The notes beneath the pieces are model-generated. The model did not search any database. It was not told the origin of the DNA and saw only the letters and a program-made list of their open reading frames with translations. This document shows, in pieces, positions 28,194 to 36,637 of a DNA stretch of 64,000 bases (position 1 is its first letter; each line of letters begins with the position of its first letter). This DNA comes from Fimbriimonadaceae bacterium. GTDB lineage: Bacteria; Armatimonadota; Fimbriimonadia; Fimbriimonadales; Fimbriimonadaceae. The stretch covers positions 31,735 to 95,734 of the forward strand of contig JBFWOL010000005.1 in the NCBI GenBank assembly GCA_050250535.1, written 5' to 3'. A program made the translations under genes and the position numbers.

Positions 28194-28679
28194 TTAGGCG
28201 GCTTCCGAGCGGTGTTCCCGTTCCGCGCCCTCGATGGAGAGGTGGGGACGGTTCACCGGAACCTTGGCGGCCCGCCGAGCCCCAGGCCAGACGAGCACGA
28301 AGCCAAGGATGCCCAAGCCTGCCAGCGACAGGGGCGCTACGGCGGATGTCGCGCGCGTGGAGCCTGTGGGCTTCACCGCCCGGGGCGCCGTTACGTCGAG
28401 AGTCTCGACGACCTGCATCGGGCGACCGCGGGTGTGATGGGCAAGCCCTACGCCACCGACCAGCAACCCGCAAGCACAGATCCACGAGGCGATCCTCTTG
28501 ATCCGCTCCCATCGCGGCAGGGAACAAAGGAGTGCGAGGCTGGCGAGCGCACAGTAGGCAGCTGGGACATAGGCGTGCCAGGTTGTCCGCGTCGCGAACC
28601 GATGGAGGAAGCGAAGGTCAATTGCGAGGGCAGCGAACGAGAGCGCCACGACCAGTACTGCCAACGAGTTCCGCCGCAT
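28194..28679 (-). CDS. small polytopic membrane protein (tandem paralogue 2)
   Basis: MRRNSLAVLVVALSFAALAIDLRFLHR.. aligns residue-by-residue with the N-terminal 90 aa of ORF 27768..28175. Confidence 0.5.
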   Translation of the reverse strand: MRRNSLAVLVVALSFAALAIDLRFLHRFATRTTWHAYVPAAYCALASLALLCSLPRWERIKRIASWICACGLLVGGVGLAHHTRGRPMQVVETLDVTAPRAVKPTGSTRATSAVAPLSLAGLGILGFVLVWPGARRAAKVPVNRPHLSIEGAEREHRSEAA

Positions 28680-28732
28680 CTATGGATGGGTTCCACGGGC
28701 CAGCCTCCCGGCATGCTAGGAGAGGTGCCGGT

Positions 28733-29545
28733 TTATCGGGCACGGTCCAAGGTCAGCACGCTCACTTCGGCGGGACAGAAAAGGCGCGCCGGCGGGCCGG
28801 TGACCCCGACCCCTCGCGAGACGTAGAGCGGTACCGGAGTCTCGCGGAAGAACCCGCGCAGATATCGGCTCCCGAGGCGAGAAGTAGCTGGGGCCCAGCC
28901 CCACGGGGTGGTGAACTGGCCACCGTGGCTATGACCGGCAATCATGAGTTCCGGCCCCCGTGGCAGTACGTCCACCATGTCGGGCTCGTGCCAGAGGACC
29001 ACCATGGGACGAGTCGGGTCGGCCTGCATGATCGTCGCATAGGGATCAGCGTGCCCGCCGATCTCGCTGTCCACGCCAAGCCACTGTACGCCGCACATTT
29101 CAACGACCTGGTTTTGCAGCAAGCGGACCCCAACGTGGTCCAACGCAGGCCTCAGCCACTCCGCGCGGCCCGCGAAATAGTCGTGGTTCCCAGGCACTGC
29201 TATCGCCCTGCCCTCCATCGCTACCAATCCGGCGAGGGCCGAGGACACCATGTCCAGCGCTCCGCGCTTCCAGTAGGCGATGAGATCGCCTGGCAAGACG
29301 ACGATGTCGGGTTCTTCGCCCAGGGCCATGGCCACCGCTTCCTGCGCCATTCGGACGGTCGCAGGGTCGCGAACGTGCAGGTCTGCGAGTACCGCGACCT
29401 TGAGGCCCGACAGCGATTCGGGCCAGCCGGGGAGAACGAGCCTTCGCCGTTCGAGACGAATCTTGTGGGCCTCGACCAACGCCCCATAAAGAAGGGCACC
29501 CGCGCCCATTGCGGCCGCCGCGCCGAGTAGTTGTCCGATCCGCAC
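28733..29545 (-). CDS. metallophosphoesterase (calcineurin-like, YkuE-like), membrane/secreted
   Basis: Motifs LADLHV, GDLI, GNHD, GHSHGG; N-terminal hydrophobic segment. Confidence 0.75.
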   Translation of the reverse strand: MRIGQLLGAAAAMGAGALLYGALVEAHKIRLERRRLVLPGWPESLSGLKVAVLADLHVRDPATVRMAQEAVAMALGEEPDIVVLPGDLIAYWKRGALDMVSSALAGLVAMEGRAIAVPGNHDYFAGRAEWLRPALDHVGVRLLQNQVVEMCGVQWLGVDSEIGGHADPYATIMQADPTRPMVVLWHEPDMVDVLPRGPELMIAGHSHGGQFTTPWGWAPATSRLGSRYLRGFFRETPVPLYVSRGVGVTGPPARLFCPAEVSVLTLDRAR

Positions 29546-29590
29546 TCTGCTGGGACTGACGCCCGGAGGGGGTCAGACGGTGCCGCCGAC

Positions 29591-30340
29591 CTAGGACGAG
29601 CGGTTGAGAACGCCGATCAGGTCTTGCTGCATCGCCTGCGAGAGAAACATCCCCGCTTGGTCGAACACGTTTACAAGGCTAAGCACCTCGGCACCCGAGG
29701 GCTGCGAGACCGGGGAGAACGGATTGAGAGCGCTCATCGCGTCGCCGGACCGGCGGGAGTCGTTGAGCCCCAGGACATGGCCAAGCTCATGGAGGGCAGT
29801 GTGCCGCATCATGCCTCGGGACATCTTGGAACCACCAGGGAGCCTCGTGCGGATATGGATATCGGCCGAGACCTGGTACGAGAACTGGTCTTCGCGCCAG
29901 TTCAGGATCTGGCGTCGCCAGACCGCATGGCCGGCGACGTCACATCCACCCGACCTGACGGACTCGACGAACGAGATTCGGACGTCGGCAAACCTACCTG
30001 TGGCAGGAACGAACTCGACCGCACCGTTCAGTGCTTCGGACCAGCAGTGCATTGCCTCGCTGAGAGCGGCCTGGGCGTCTTGGGCCTGCTCGGGAGAAAG
30101 CCCTTGCAGCTCCACCGAGTATCGAAGGTCGCGGCGCAGCAGGAGCATCTCGGCCACTGTCCGTGCCTCGGAGTGCTTTCCGTCGGTCAGGCACCTTTCC
30201 GCTCGATCGAGAAACTCGTGAACGCGCGGTTGAATCCGCGAATCCATCGGGCCGCGGGCGAACCCCACGGCAGAAAGCGCCAAAAGCGCGACGAGTACTG
30301 AGCCCCTTCTCTCCACTGATGCACCTCGCGCCGCCGCCAA
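29591..30340 (-). CDS. secreted zinc metalloprotease with HExxHxxGxxD motif (snapalysin/M7- or matrixin-like)
   Basis: Signal peptide; HELGHVLGLNDS. Confidence 0.6.
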   Translation of the reverse strand: MAAARGASVERRGSVLVALLALSAVGFARGPMDSRIQPRVHEFLDRAERCLTDGKHSEARTVAEMLLLRRDLRYSVELQGLSPEQAQDAQAALSEAMHCWSEALNGAVEFVPATGRFADVRISFVESVRSGGCDVAGHAVWRRQILNWREDQFSYQVSADIHIRTRLPGGSKMSRGMMRHTALHELGHVLGLNDSRRSGDAMSALNPFSPVSQPSGAEVLSLVNVFDQAGMFLSQAMQQDLIGVLNRSS

Positions 30341-30420
30341 GCGGCACTGAGGGCTTGTTCCTGTTTGCGGAGGTCACGGGCCCATGCAGGATTACGAGGT
30401 CTGCGGGAAGGTGTCGTGTA

Positions 30421-31503
30421 TCAAGCAGAGGTTCCTGCTGTCTCTCCCAGTTCTTCCGCAAGCTTCTTCGCCTCGGCGGCTTGGTTCAGCGCGTCGAGCA
30501 TGGCTTGGATGTCGCCGTCCATATAGGAGACCGTGTTGTGCGCGTCTACTCCGATCCGATGGTCGGTGATGCGGCTCTGAGGGAAGTTATAGGTGCGGAT
30601 CTTCTCGCTGCGGTCGCCGGAGCCGATCTGTCCCCGTCGCAGTTCTCCCCGTTCCTTGGCGAGGCGTTCTTGCTCGGCCTCATAGAGTTTGGCTCGCAGT
30701 ACCTGCATCGCTCGAAGCTTGTTTTGCTGCTGGCTCCTTTCGTCCTGACAGGTGACGACGACCCCGGTGGGGCGGTGGATGATCCGGATCGCCGTCTCGT
30801 TCTTCTGGACGTGCTGGCCGCCAGCGCTCGAGCTTCGAAACGTAGAGATCTCCAAGTCCTTCTCGTCCACGTGGACGTCGACTTCCTCCGCCTCAGGGAG
30901 CACGGCCACGGTAACCGTGGAGGTGTGAATCCGGCCGCCACTCTCCGTGGCGGGGACGCGTTGGACTCGGTGGACGCCGCTCTCGTGCTTGAGCTGGCTA
31001 TAGGCCCCCTTTGCGTCAATGCTGAAAACAACGCGGTTGATCGCACCGATCCCCGACTCTTCTGACTCGATGACCTCGGTCTTCCACTTCTTGCGCTCTG
31101 CATAGCGAAGGTACATGCGGAGCAGTTCGTTTGCGAAGAGGCCGGCCTCGTCGCCTCCGGCAGCCGGTCGGATTTCGATGATCACTGCCTTGTCGTCGTT
31201 CGGATCTTTGGGAAGCATCATCAGTCGAAGGCGCTCCTCGATTTCAGGCACTTCGACTTTGAGGCGTTCAACCTCGGACTGGGCGAGGCTGTGCATCTCG
31301 GGGTTCCCGAGGAGAGACTCTGCTTCTTCGAGCTCCTTGAGGGCTCGGCGGAACTCGCGGATCACCTCCACGAGGTCTGCGATCTCAGCCCGCGCCTTGC
31401 CCAGCCGCTGCAGCTCCGCCGGTTGGGTGACGACGGCGGGGTCTTGAAGTTGCGCCTCGATCTCCTCGAACCGCTTCTCGATTTCGACGAGCTTTTCCAG
31501 CAC
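30421..31503 (-). CDS. prfA: peptide chain release factor 1
   Basis: PAT tripeptide (RVQRVPATESGGRIHTS) identifies RF1 rather than RF2; GGQ motif (SSSAGGQHVQK). Confidence 0.9.
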   Translation of the reverse strand: MLEKLVEIEKRFEEIEAQLQDPAVVTQPAELQRLGKARAEIADLVEVIREFRRALKELEEAESLLGNPEMHSLAQSEVERLKVEVPEIEERLRLMMLPKDPNDDKAVIIEIRPAAGGDEAGLFANELLRMYLRYAERKKWKTEVIESEESGIGAINRVVFSIDAKGAYSQLKHESGVHRVQRVPATESGGRIHTSTVTVAVLPEAEEVDVHVDEKDLEISTFRSSSAGGQHVQKNETAIRIIHRPTGVVVTCQDERSQQQNKLRAMQVLRAKLYEAEQERLAKERGELRRGQIGSGDRSEKIRTYNFPQSRITDHRIGVDAHNTVSYMDGDIQAMLDALNQAAEAKKLAEELGETAGTSA

Positions 31504-31514
31504 TTACGAGGAGT

Positions 31515-32486
31515 CTAGCCGCTCGGCTCGGTCTGGTCCTTGGGCTTCGTGCCTCCTTGCAAGGCGCTCGCCAGGCCAGGAATCGAAGAAATCGCGTTCG
31601 TGAGTTCGACCGGCACGGCCAGAACGACCGTGTTCGCGCTCGAGGAGCCCAGGCTGTCGAGGCTCTGGAGCGTCCTGAGCTGGAGCGCACCCGGCGCGAG
31701 CGCCATCGTGCGGGCGGCGTCGGCCAGGTTTGCCGCGGCCTCGCGGTCGCCTTCCGCCTTCGTGATGGTGGCGCGCTTTTCGCGCTCGGCACTGGCTTGC
31801 CTTGCCATGACCCTCTTCAAGTCTTCGGGCAGCTCGATGTCTTGAATCCTGATCGCGGCGACGTCGAGCCCCCATCCGTCGATCTCGTTCTCGACCATGT
31901 GTTGGACCTTCTCGCCGAGGAGCTCGCGGTCGGCGAGGATTTCGTCGAGGGTCATTCCACCCACGATGTCCCGGAGCGCGGTCTGGGCGTACTCCAAGAC
32001 AGCCCTGGTGTAGCTTTGGACTCGGATCACCGCAGCCGACGGATCGTCCACTCGCATGAAGATGACGCCGTCGAGCTTGACCGGCACGTTGTCTTTGGTG
32101 ATCGCGGAGCGGTGCGGGATCTCGATCGTAGTGATTCGGGTGTCCACTGTTCGGACGCTGTCTAAGAACGGCACGACCATGAATGGTCCCGGGCCGCGGG
32201 TGCCGATGAACTTGCCGAGCCGAAAGACGAGCGACCTTTCCCACTGGGCGGCGAGGCGGAAGGTGGAACCGATAAGTCCTCCGGCGACGAGCGAGCCTAT
32301 CAGCGTTAGCGCGCCAGGCTCGGTCGCAAGCTGACGGCCGAGCACGATGGCAGCGATTCCGCCCGTGGCAAGGGTTACAAGGAACGGGAGCGGATTGGAG
32401 ACAGTATTGGCCGCCCGAGCGCGGGCCACCGCTGCCGAAGTACTGGGCGTCTTCGCGACCGTCTCTTCTAAGAACTCGAGTGACAT
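31515..32486 (-). CDS. SPFH/band-7 (stomatin/slipin-like) family membrane protein
   Basis: N-terminal TM segment followed by the SPFH core (VVPFLDSVRTVDTRITTIEIP..). Confidence 0.8.
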   Translation of the reverse strand: MSLEFLEETVAKTPSTSAAVARARAANTVSNPLPFLVTLATGGIAAIVLGRQLATEPGALTLIGSLVAGGLIGSTFRLAAQWERSLVFRLGKFIGTRGPGPFMVVPFLDSVRTVDTRITTIEIPHRSAITKDNVPVKLDGVIFMRVDDPSAAVIRVQSYTRAVLEYAQTALRDIVGGMTLDEILADRELLGEKVQHMVENEIDGWGLDVAAIRIQDIELPEDLKRVMARQASAEREKRATITKAEGDREAAANLADAARTMALAPGALQLRTLQSLDSLGSSSANTVVLAVPVELTNAISSIPGLASALQGGTKPKDQTEPSG

Positions 32487-32492
32487 AACCTC

Positions 32493-33194
32493 TTAAGTGT
32501 ACGTCTTCTGCCTCGACCGCGATGCAGACCGCCACCGAGTCCTGAGGATCGCGAAGACCAATACGATGCCTCCGAGAGCCCATGCGTACGCCCAGAAGAC
32601 AGCGGGAATCCCGGTCAATCGGGCCATGTTCGTAGCATCGCTGTGAACTCCAGGGCCGAGGCCTGCGAAGAACAGGTCCCTCAAGGCGGCGAGCGATGCC
32701 AGGCTCAGGACGATGCCGAGGAACTGACTCGCGAACAGAACGGCTTCACCGCGGAGCCGCAGGCCGGCGACGACCAACGCTAGCGACCAGCCCCAGCCCG
32801 TAGCCAGGCCCACCAAGTCGCCCCGTAAGTACAACAAGCTGACTGTGCCGAGCAGCGCGCCAAAGAGCAGCAGCGCCCGACCGGCAAGCTTGGCCTTGGC
32901 CCCGGCGGCGACGAGCGCCGCCCCCGTTACCATCGTGCCGACATACCCGGCAGAGGCGACAACGATCGGCCAGCCCCCTGCGACCGGAGTGACGCCAGAG
33001 CCGTCGGCACGAACCACAATGGCTCCCACCGACCCGCCGGTGAGAAGGGCAGCGAGGGCATGTCCCGCCTCGTGGACATGGGTTCCTAGAAGGTGGACCG
33101 GCACCAAGATCGCCCTGCCCAAGGGAAGGAGCATGAGGCAAGCGGTGAGAACCGCTGATCCCACCAGGGTAGTCGCGGCGACCTTCTTTTCCAT
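32493..33194 (-). CDS. polytopic membrane metallopeptidase, M50-like (HExxH within TM helix)
   Basis: HEAGHALAALLTGG in a hydrophobic context; six predicted helices. Confidence 0.55.
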   Translation of the reverse strand: MEKKVAATTLVGSAVLTACLMLLPLGRAILVPVHLLGTHVHEAGHALAALLTGGSVGAIVVRADGSGVTPVAGGWPIVVASAGYVGTMVTGAALVAAGAKAKLAGRALLLFGALLGTVSLLYLRGDLVGLATGWGWSLALVVAGLRLRGEAVLFASQFLGIVLSLASLAALRDLFFAGLGPGVHSDATNMARLTGIPAVFWAYAWALGGIVLVFAILRTRWRSASRSRQKTYT

Positions 33195-33311
33195 CTAGCG
33201 AACTGTACTGCGGCCGCACCTTCTGGGTTGACCGCGCGGGACGAAGAACCTCCAGTAGATTGCGAAGTACGTCCCCTTCACGCCCCCGCAATTGCACCGA
33301 TACACAACTCG

Positions 33312-34031
33312 ATGAACAAGGGCGTGCTCTCTGCGGCCTCCGCAATGCAAGTGAGCCAGCAATGGCTCGACGCAATCGCGAACAACCTTGCGAACGCCAG
33401 TACTGTAGGTTTCAAGCGCGACGGCCTCGCCTTCGAGGAAGGCTATGAGAGCCAGGTTCGCGCCCAAGGCGGCCAAGGCTTCCCGGTAGGAACCGTGGGG
33501 CGCAAGACCGAGGTCGCGTTGGCCTACACCGACCAGACCCAAGGGGCGCTCGTCCCGACAGGCAACCCGCTCGACGTGGCGCTCACTGCTCCGGAAACCT
33601 ACTTTGCGATCGAGGTCGCAGGCGGCACCGCCTACACCCGAAACGGAAGCTTCCGGATCGGCGCGGACGGTGGTCTGACCGATCAAAGCGGGCGAGCCGT
33701 CTTGGATGAGGGGCTCGCCCCCATCAGGCTCGGGAAGGGCCCGATCGAAATTGGTGCCGACGGAGCGATCCTTCAGGGCGGGGCGACGGTGGCCCGGCTC
33801 GGCGTCTTCCAGGGAAACCTGAGCAAGGCAGGAGGAAACCTCTATAGGGGCAGCGCCTCGCCGGCAGCTGCGAACCTGCAATCCGGGCACCTGGAGTCTT
33901 CCAATGTCAATGCCATCGAAGAGATGGTCGCGATGATCCGCCTCAACCGTGTGTTCGAGATGGCGCAAAAGGCTATCCAGAGCCAGGACGAGAGCTCGCA
34001 ACGACTAATCCAATCCGCTCAGGACCGCTAA
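33312..34031 (+). CDS. flgF: flagellar basal-body rod protein FlgF
   Basis: N-terminal ANNLANAST(V)GFK motif; GTAYTRNGSF; C-terminal LESSNVN..EMV.MI..R.FE; ATG at 33312 (track ORF opens with TTG at 33228). Confidence 0.8.
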   Translation: MNKGVLSAASAMQVSQQWLDAIANNLANASTVGFKRDGLAFEEGYESQVRAQGGQGFPVGTVGRKTEVALAYTDQTQGALVPTGNPLDVALTAPETYFAIEVAGGTAYTRNGSFRIGADGGLTDQSGRAVLDEGLAPIRLGKGPIEIGADGAILQGGATVARLGVFQGNLSKAGGNLYRGSASPAAANLQSGHLESSNVNAIEEMVAMIRLNRVFEMAQKAIQSQDESSQRLIQSAQDR

Positions 34032-34134
34032 TGCAGGACGGGGCGACATTTGCCCCGAGGCAGGGAGGCCGCCCGACCGGCGACCCCGCGAGACTGAGCC
34101 ACGACCCGAACCGATCGAGGAATACGAAAGGCTT

Positions 34135-34923
34135 ATGATGAGGGCACTCAACACTGCAGGCACCGGCATGGTAGCCCAGCAGTTCAATCTAGACATTATC
34201 GCGAACAACCTTGCGAACGTCAACACGACCGGCTTTAAGAGCCAGCGCGCCGAGTTTCAAGACATGGTCTACCAGTCCTTACGCGCTTCTGGAGCCTCGG
34301 CAGGGGGGGCTGCGACCACTCCAGAGCCGGTACAGGTCGGACTTGGCTCCAAGTTCTCTGCAAGCGCGGCCAGCTTTGCGGCCGGGGCGTTCCAGAACAC
34401 AGGCAACGCCTTGGACATCGCGATCGCCGGAGACGGGTTCTTCCAGGTCGAATTGCCGGACGGCACGACTGCGTACACCCGCGACGGAGCCTTCAAGGTG
34501 GACGCTAACGGCCTCGTCGTGTCGAGCGACGGATATGCGCTTGTGCCGAACATCACAATCCCGACCGGGGCATCGCAGCCGACGATCTCGCCCACAGGCC
34601 AGGTCTCGGTAACCCTCCCGGGCCAGGAAGAGCCGAGCGAGCTCGGCACTCTGGAACTCGCCGTTTTTCCGAACCCTGCCGGCCTGACCAGGATCGGGCA
34701 AAACCTTTACCGAGCGGGCGGCGCTTCCGGATCCCCGTCCTCGGCCCAGCCTGGTCAGCAGGGAGCGGGAACGCTGCAGCAATTCGTAGTCGAGTCCTCG
34801 AACGTGCAGATTGTCGAGGAAATGGTCCGAATGATTACGACCCAGCGCGCCTATGAGATCAACTCTAAGGCGGTGCAGACCGCCGATGACATGCTGGGGA
34901 TTCTCAACAACCTGAAGAGGTAA
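34135..34923 (+). CDS. flgG: flagellar basal-body distal rod protein FlgG
   Basis: IIANNLANVNTTGFK, TAYTRDGAFK, VESSNVQIVEEMVRMITTQRAYE. Confidence 0.85.
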   Translation: MMRALNTAGTGMVAQQFNLDIIANNLANVNTTGFKSQRAEFQDMVYQSLRASGASAGGAATTPEPVQVGLGSKFSASAASFAAGAFQNTGNALDIAIAGDGFFQVELPDGTTAYTRDGAFKVDANGLVVSSDGYALVPNITIPTGASQPTISPTGQVSVTLPGQEEPSELGTLELAVFPNPAGLTRIGQNLYRAGGASGSPSSAQPGQQGAGTLQQFVVESSNVQIVEEMVRMITTQRAYEINSKAVQTADDMLGILNNLKR

Positions 34924-34928
34924 CAAGA

Positions 34929-36044
34929 ATGGTACTTGCACTCACAATGGCGTTGGTCGGGCCGGCCAACTACCACATCGAAGGAGACGGCTGGTTTCGT
35001 TTTCGACGAGAAGGCCGCGCCGTCTATGCGAACAGGGCCGAGCTCGTCTCGCGCGATGGCCGTATCGAGACGGCTTCTGGGCTGCCGCTTTGGCCCGAGG
35101 TCTCGGTCCACGGTACCGACTTCGTGGTCGCTCCAGACGGCACAGTGACCTGTGGCGGGGTGCAGACCGGAACCGTGGTCTTGGCCTATTTCGAATCAGC
35201 ACCACTGTTTGGTGAGGACGGGCTCGCCTCCTCCCCTGATAGGCCGAGCCTCACTCGGGTCAGGACAGGCACCCGGATCGTCAGCGAGGAGACAAGCACT
35301 GCACCGAGGGTCCGAATCCTATCGAGCCCGGCCGCGGAGGCTCGCGCCGCACTCCCACCCGCACCGGTCGAAGCGCCTCAGAGCATCACGCTGCGGCTGA
35401 CCGCAGAAGTGGACGGCCCGGCCGTGACCCTGCAGGATCTAGTCGAAGAGGCCCTGCCGACCGAGCTGGCAAACCTGGTGGTCACGACGGCCCCACCGAT
35501 CGGTGCGCGAATGACGCTCGATTCGGGGCGCGTGGAGGCCAAAGTCCGTGCAAGCGGTTTGATGCCTGAAGGATGGAGCGGGTTGGGCTCGCGCATGACG
35601 ATCCAGGTGGTTCGGTCCACGAACGCCGTGCCCCATTCGAAGCTCGTCGGTGCGGCTGCTGCTGGGCTCGCGGCCCAAGACTCGGGAGAGTGGATCGCCT
35701 CTGACAACCCTGGTGACTTCAGTGCACCGAAAGGTCGCGTTGAGCTAAGAAGCGAAAGGGCGGCAATATCGGGTAACACTGCCACGGTTGTTATCGCGGT
35801 CTATGTGGATGGGATTCGCTTTAACAGTCGCACGGTTCGATTGCAGCGTAAGTCGCTCCCCAATATGCCCTCCAAGGGTGCCGTCGTTCCTTTGCGAATG
35901 ATTGCAGGCATCGTAGTTGTGGAGTCTCGAGGGACCGTCACGGCTGTAGATATCGTCACCGGCGACGTGACGCTCAAGCTTGACACTGGGGCAGTGGTCA
36001 CGGGCCGCATGGCGGCCGATGGTTGCGTCGAGGTGCGGCGATGA
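34929..36044 (+). CDS. flgA: flagellar P-ring assembly chaperone FlgA with N-terminal rod-protein-like domain
   Basis: C-terminal SAF/FlgA domain (..GAVVPLRMIAGIVVVESRGTVTAVDIVTGDVTLKL..GRMAADGCVEV). N-terminal ~90 aa (YHIEGDGWFRF..AVYANRAEL..GTDFVVAPDGTV..VLAYFE) resemble the core of FlgF/FlgG. AAGAGG SD 9 nt upstream of the ATG. Confidence 0.6.
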   Translation: MVLALTMALVGPANYHIEGDGWFRFRREGRAVYANRAELVSRDGRIETASGLPLWPEVSVHGTDFVVAPDGTVTCGGVQTGTVVLAYFESAPLFGEDGLASSPDRPSLTRVRTGTRIVSEETSTAPRVRILSSPAAEARAALPPAPVEAPQSITLRLTAEVDGPAVTLQDLVEEALPTELANLVVTTAPPIGARMTLDSGRVEAKVRASGLMPEGWSGLGSRMTIQVVRSTNAVPHSKLVGAAAAGLAAQDSGEWIASDNPGDFSAPKGRVELRSERAAISGNTATVVIAVYVDGIRFNSRTVRLQRKSLPNMPSKGAVVPLRMIAGIVVVESRGTVTAVDIVTGDVTLKLDTGAVVTGRMAADGCVEVRR

Positions 36045-36637
36045 GGATCTTGACCTTGGTCGCGGCCTTGATGCTGAGTGCATCGGCGTTGGCGCAGGAC
36101 GGTTCTAAGGCAAACCCGGGCTCACTGGTGAACAGTGGCGCGTCGAGCCCGTTGACCGATATCGTAGCCCGGAGGGTCGGTGACCTGTTGACAGTCATCG
36201 TGGACGAGAAGGCACTGGCGGAGTTTGCCGCTAAGACCCAAGCAAGCAAGAGTGACAGCGCGAGTTTCTCGCCTTCGTTCTTCGTAGACTTCTTCCAGCG
36301 CATTTTCCGTCCATTCAGCGTTTCTTCGTCCAGTAAGACCCAGGGCGACGGTACGACGACGAACACGCAAAAAATGGAGGCGAGGCTAACCGCCAAGGTG
36401 ATCGAGGTGACGCCCGAAGGCAACCTGGTCATCGAGGGTGTCCGGACTCTCGTCACGAACAAGGACAGCCAGACGCTCTATGTGAGGGGCACGGTTCGGC
36501 GGTTCGACGTCCAGCCCGACAACACCGTGAAGAGCGCGAGCCTCGCCGATGCCGAGGTCAGCACCGTCGGTAAGGGCTTGGTCGCAGATCGCCAGAAGCG
36601 CGGATTGATCACGAGCCTGCTGGAGTGGCTTTTCTAA
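36041..36637 (+). CDS. flgH: flagellar L-ring protein FlgH
   Basis: Signal peptide; LTDIVARRVGDLLTVIVDE and LVIEGVR..QTLYVRGTVR..D...N.V motifs; ATGA overlap with flgA. Confidence 0.85.
   Translation: MRILTLVAALMLSASALAQDGSKANPGSLVNSGASSPLTDIVARRVGDLLTVIVDEKALAEFAAKTQASKSDSASFSPSFFVDFFQRIFRPFSVSSSSKTQGDGTTTNTQKMEARLTAKVIEVTPEGNLVIEGVRTLVTNKDSQTLYVRGTVRRFDVQPDNTVKSASLADAEVSTVGKGLVADRQKRGLITSLLEWLF

Noticed and set aside
30421-31503. Programmed +1 frameshift expected for release factor 2
   Set aside because: The protein has the RF1-specific PAT motif and an uninterrupted frame, so it is prfA and no frameshift applies.
31504-32583. 359-aa ORF in an alternate frame over the SPFH gene (also 20071..20793, 51389..52351, 59366..60196, 3792..4733)
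   Set aside because: Arg-rich junk translations in the +1/+2 frames of verified genes.
33195-33311. Sigma-28 (TAAA-N15-GCCGATAA) or sigma-54 promoter upstream of flgF
   Set aside because: Only a partial CCGATA match with no TAAA -35; TTGCA present but no TGGCAC at -24.
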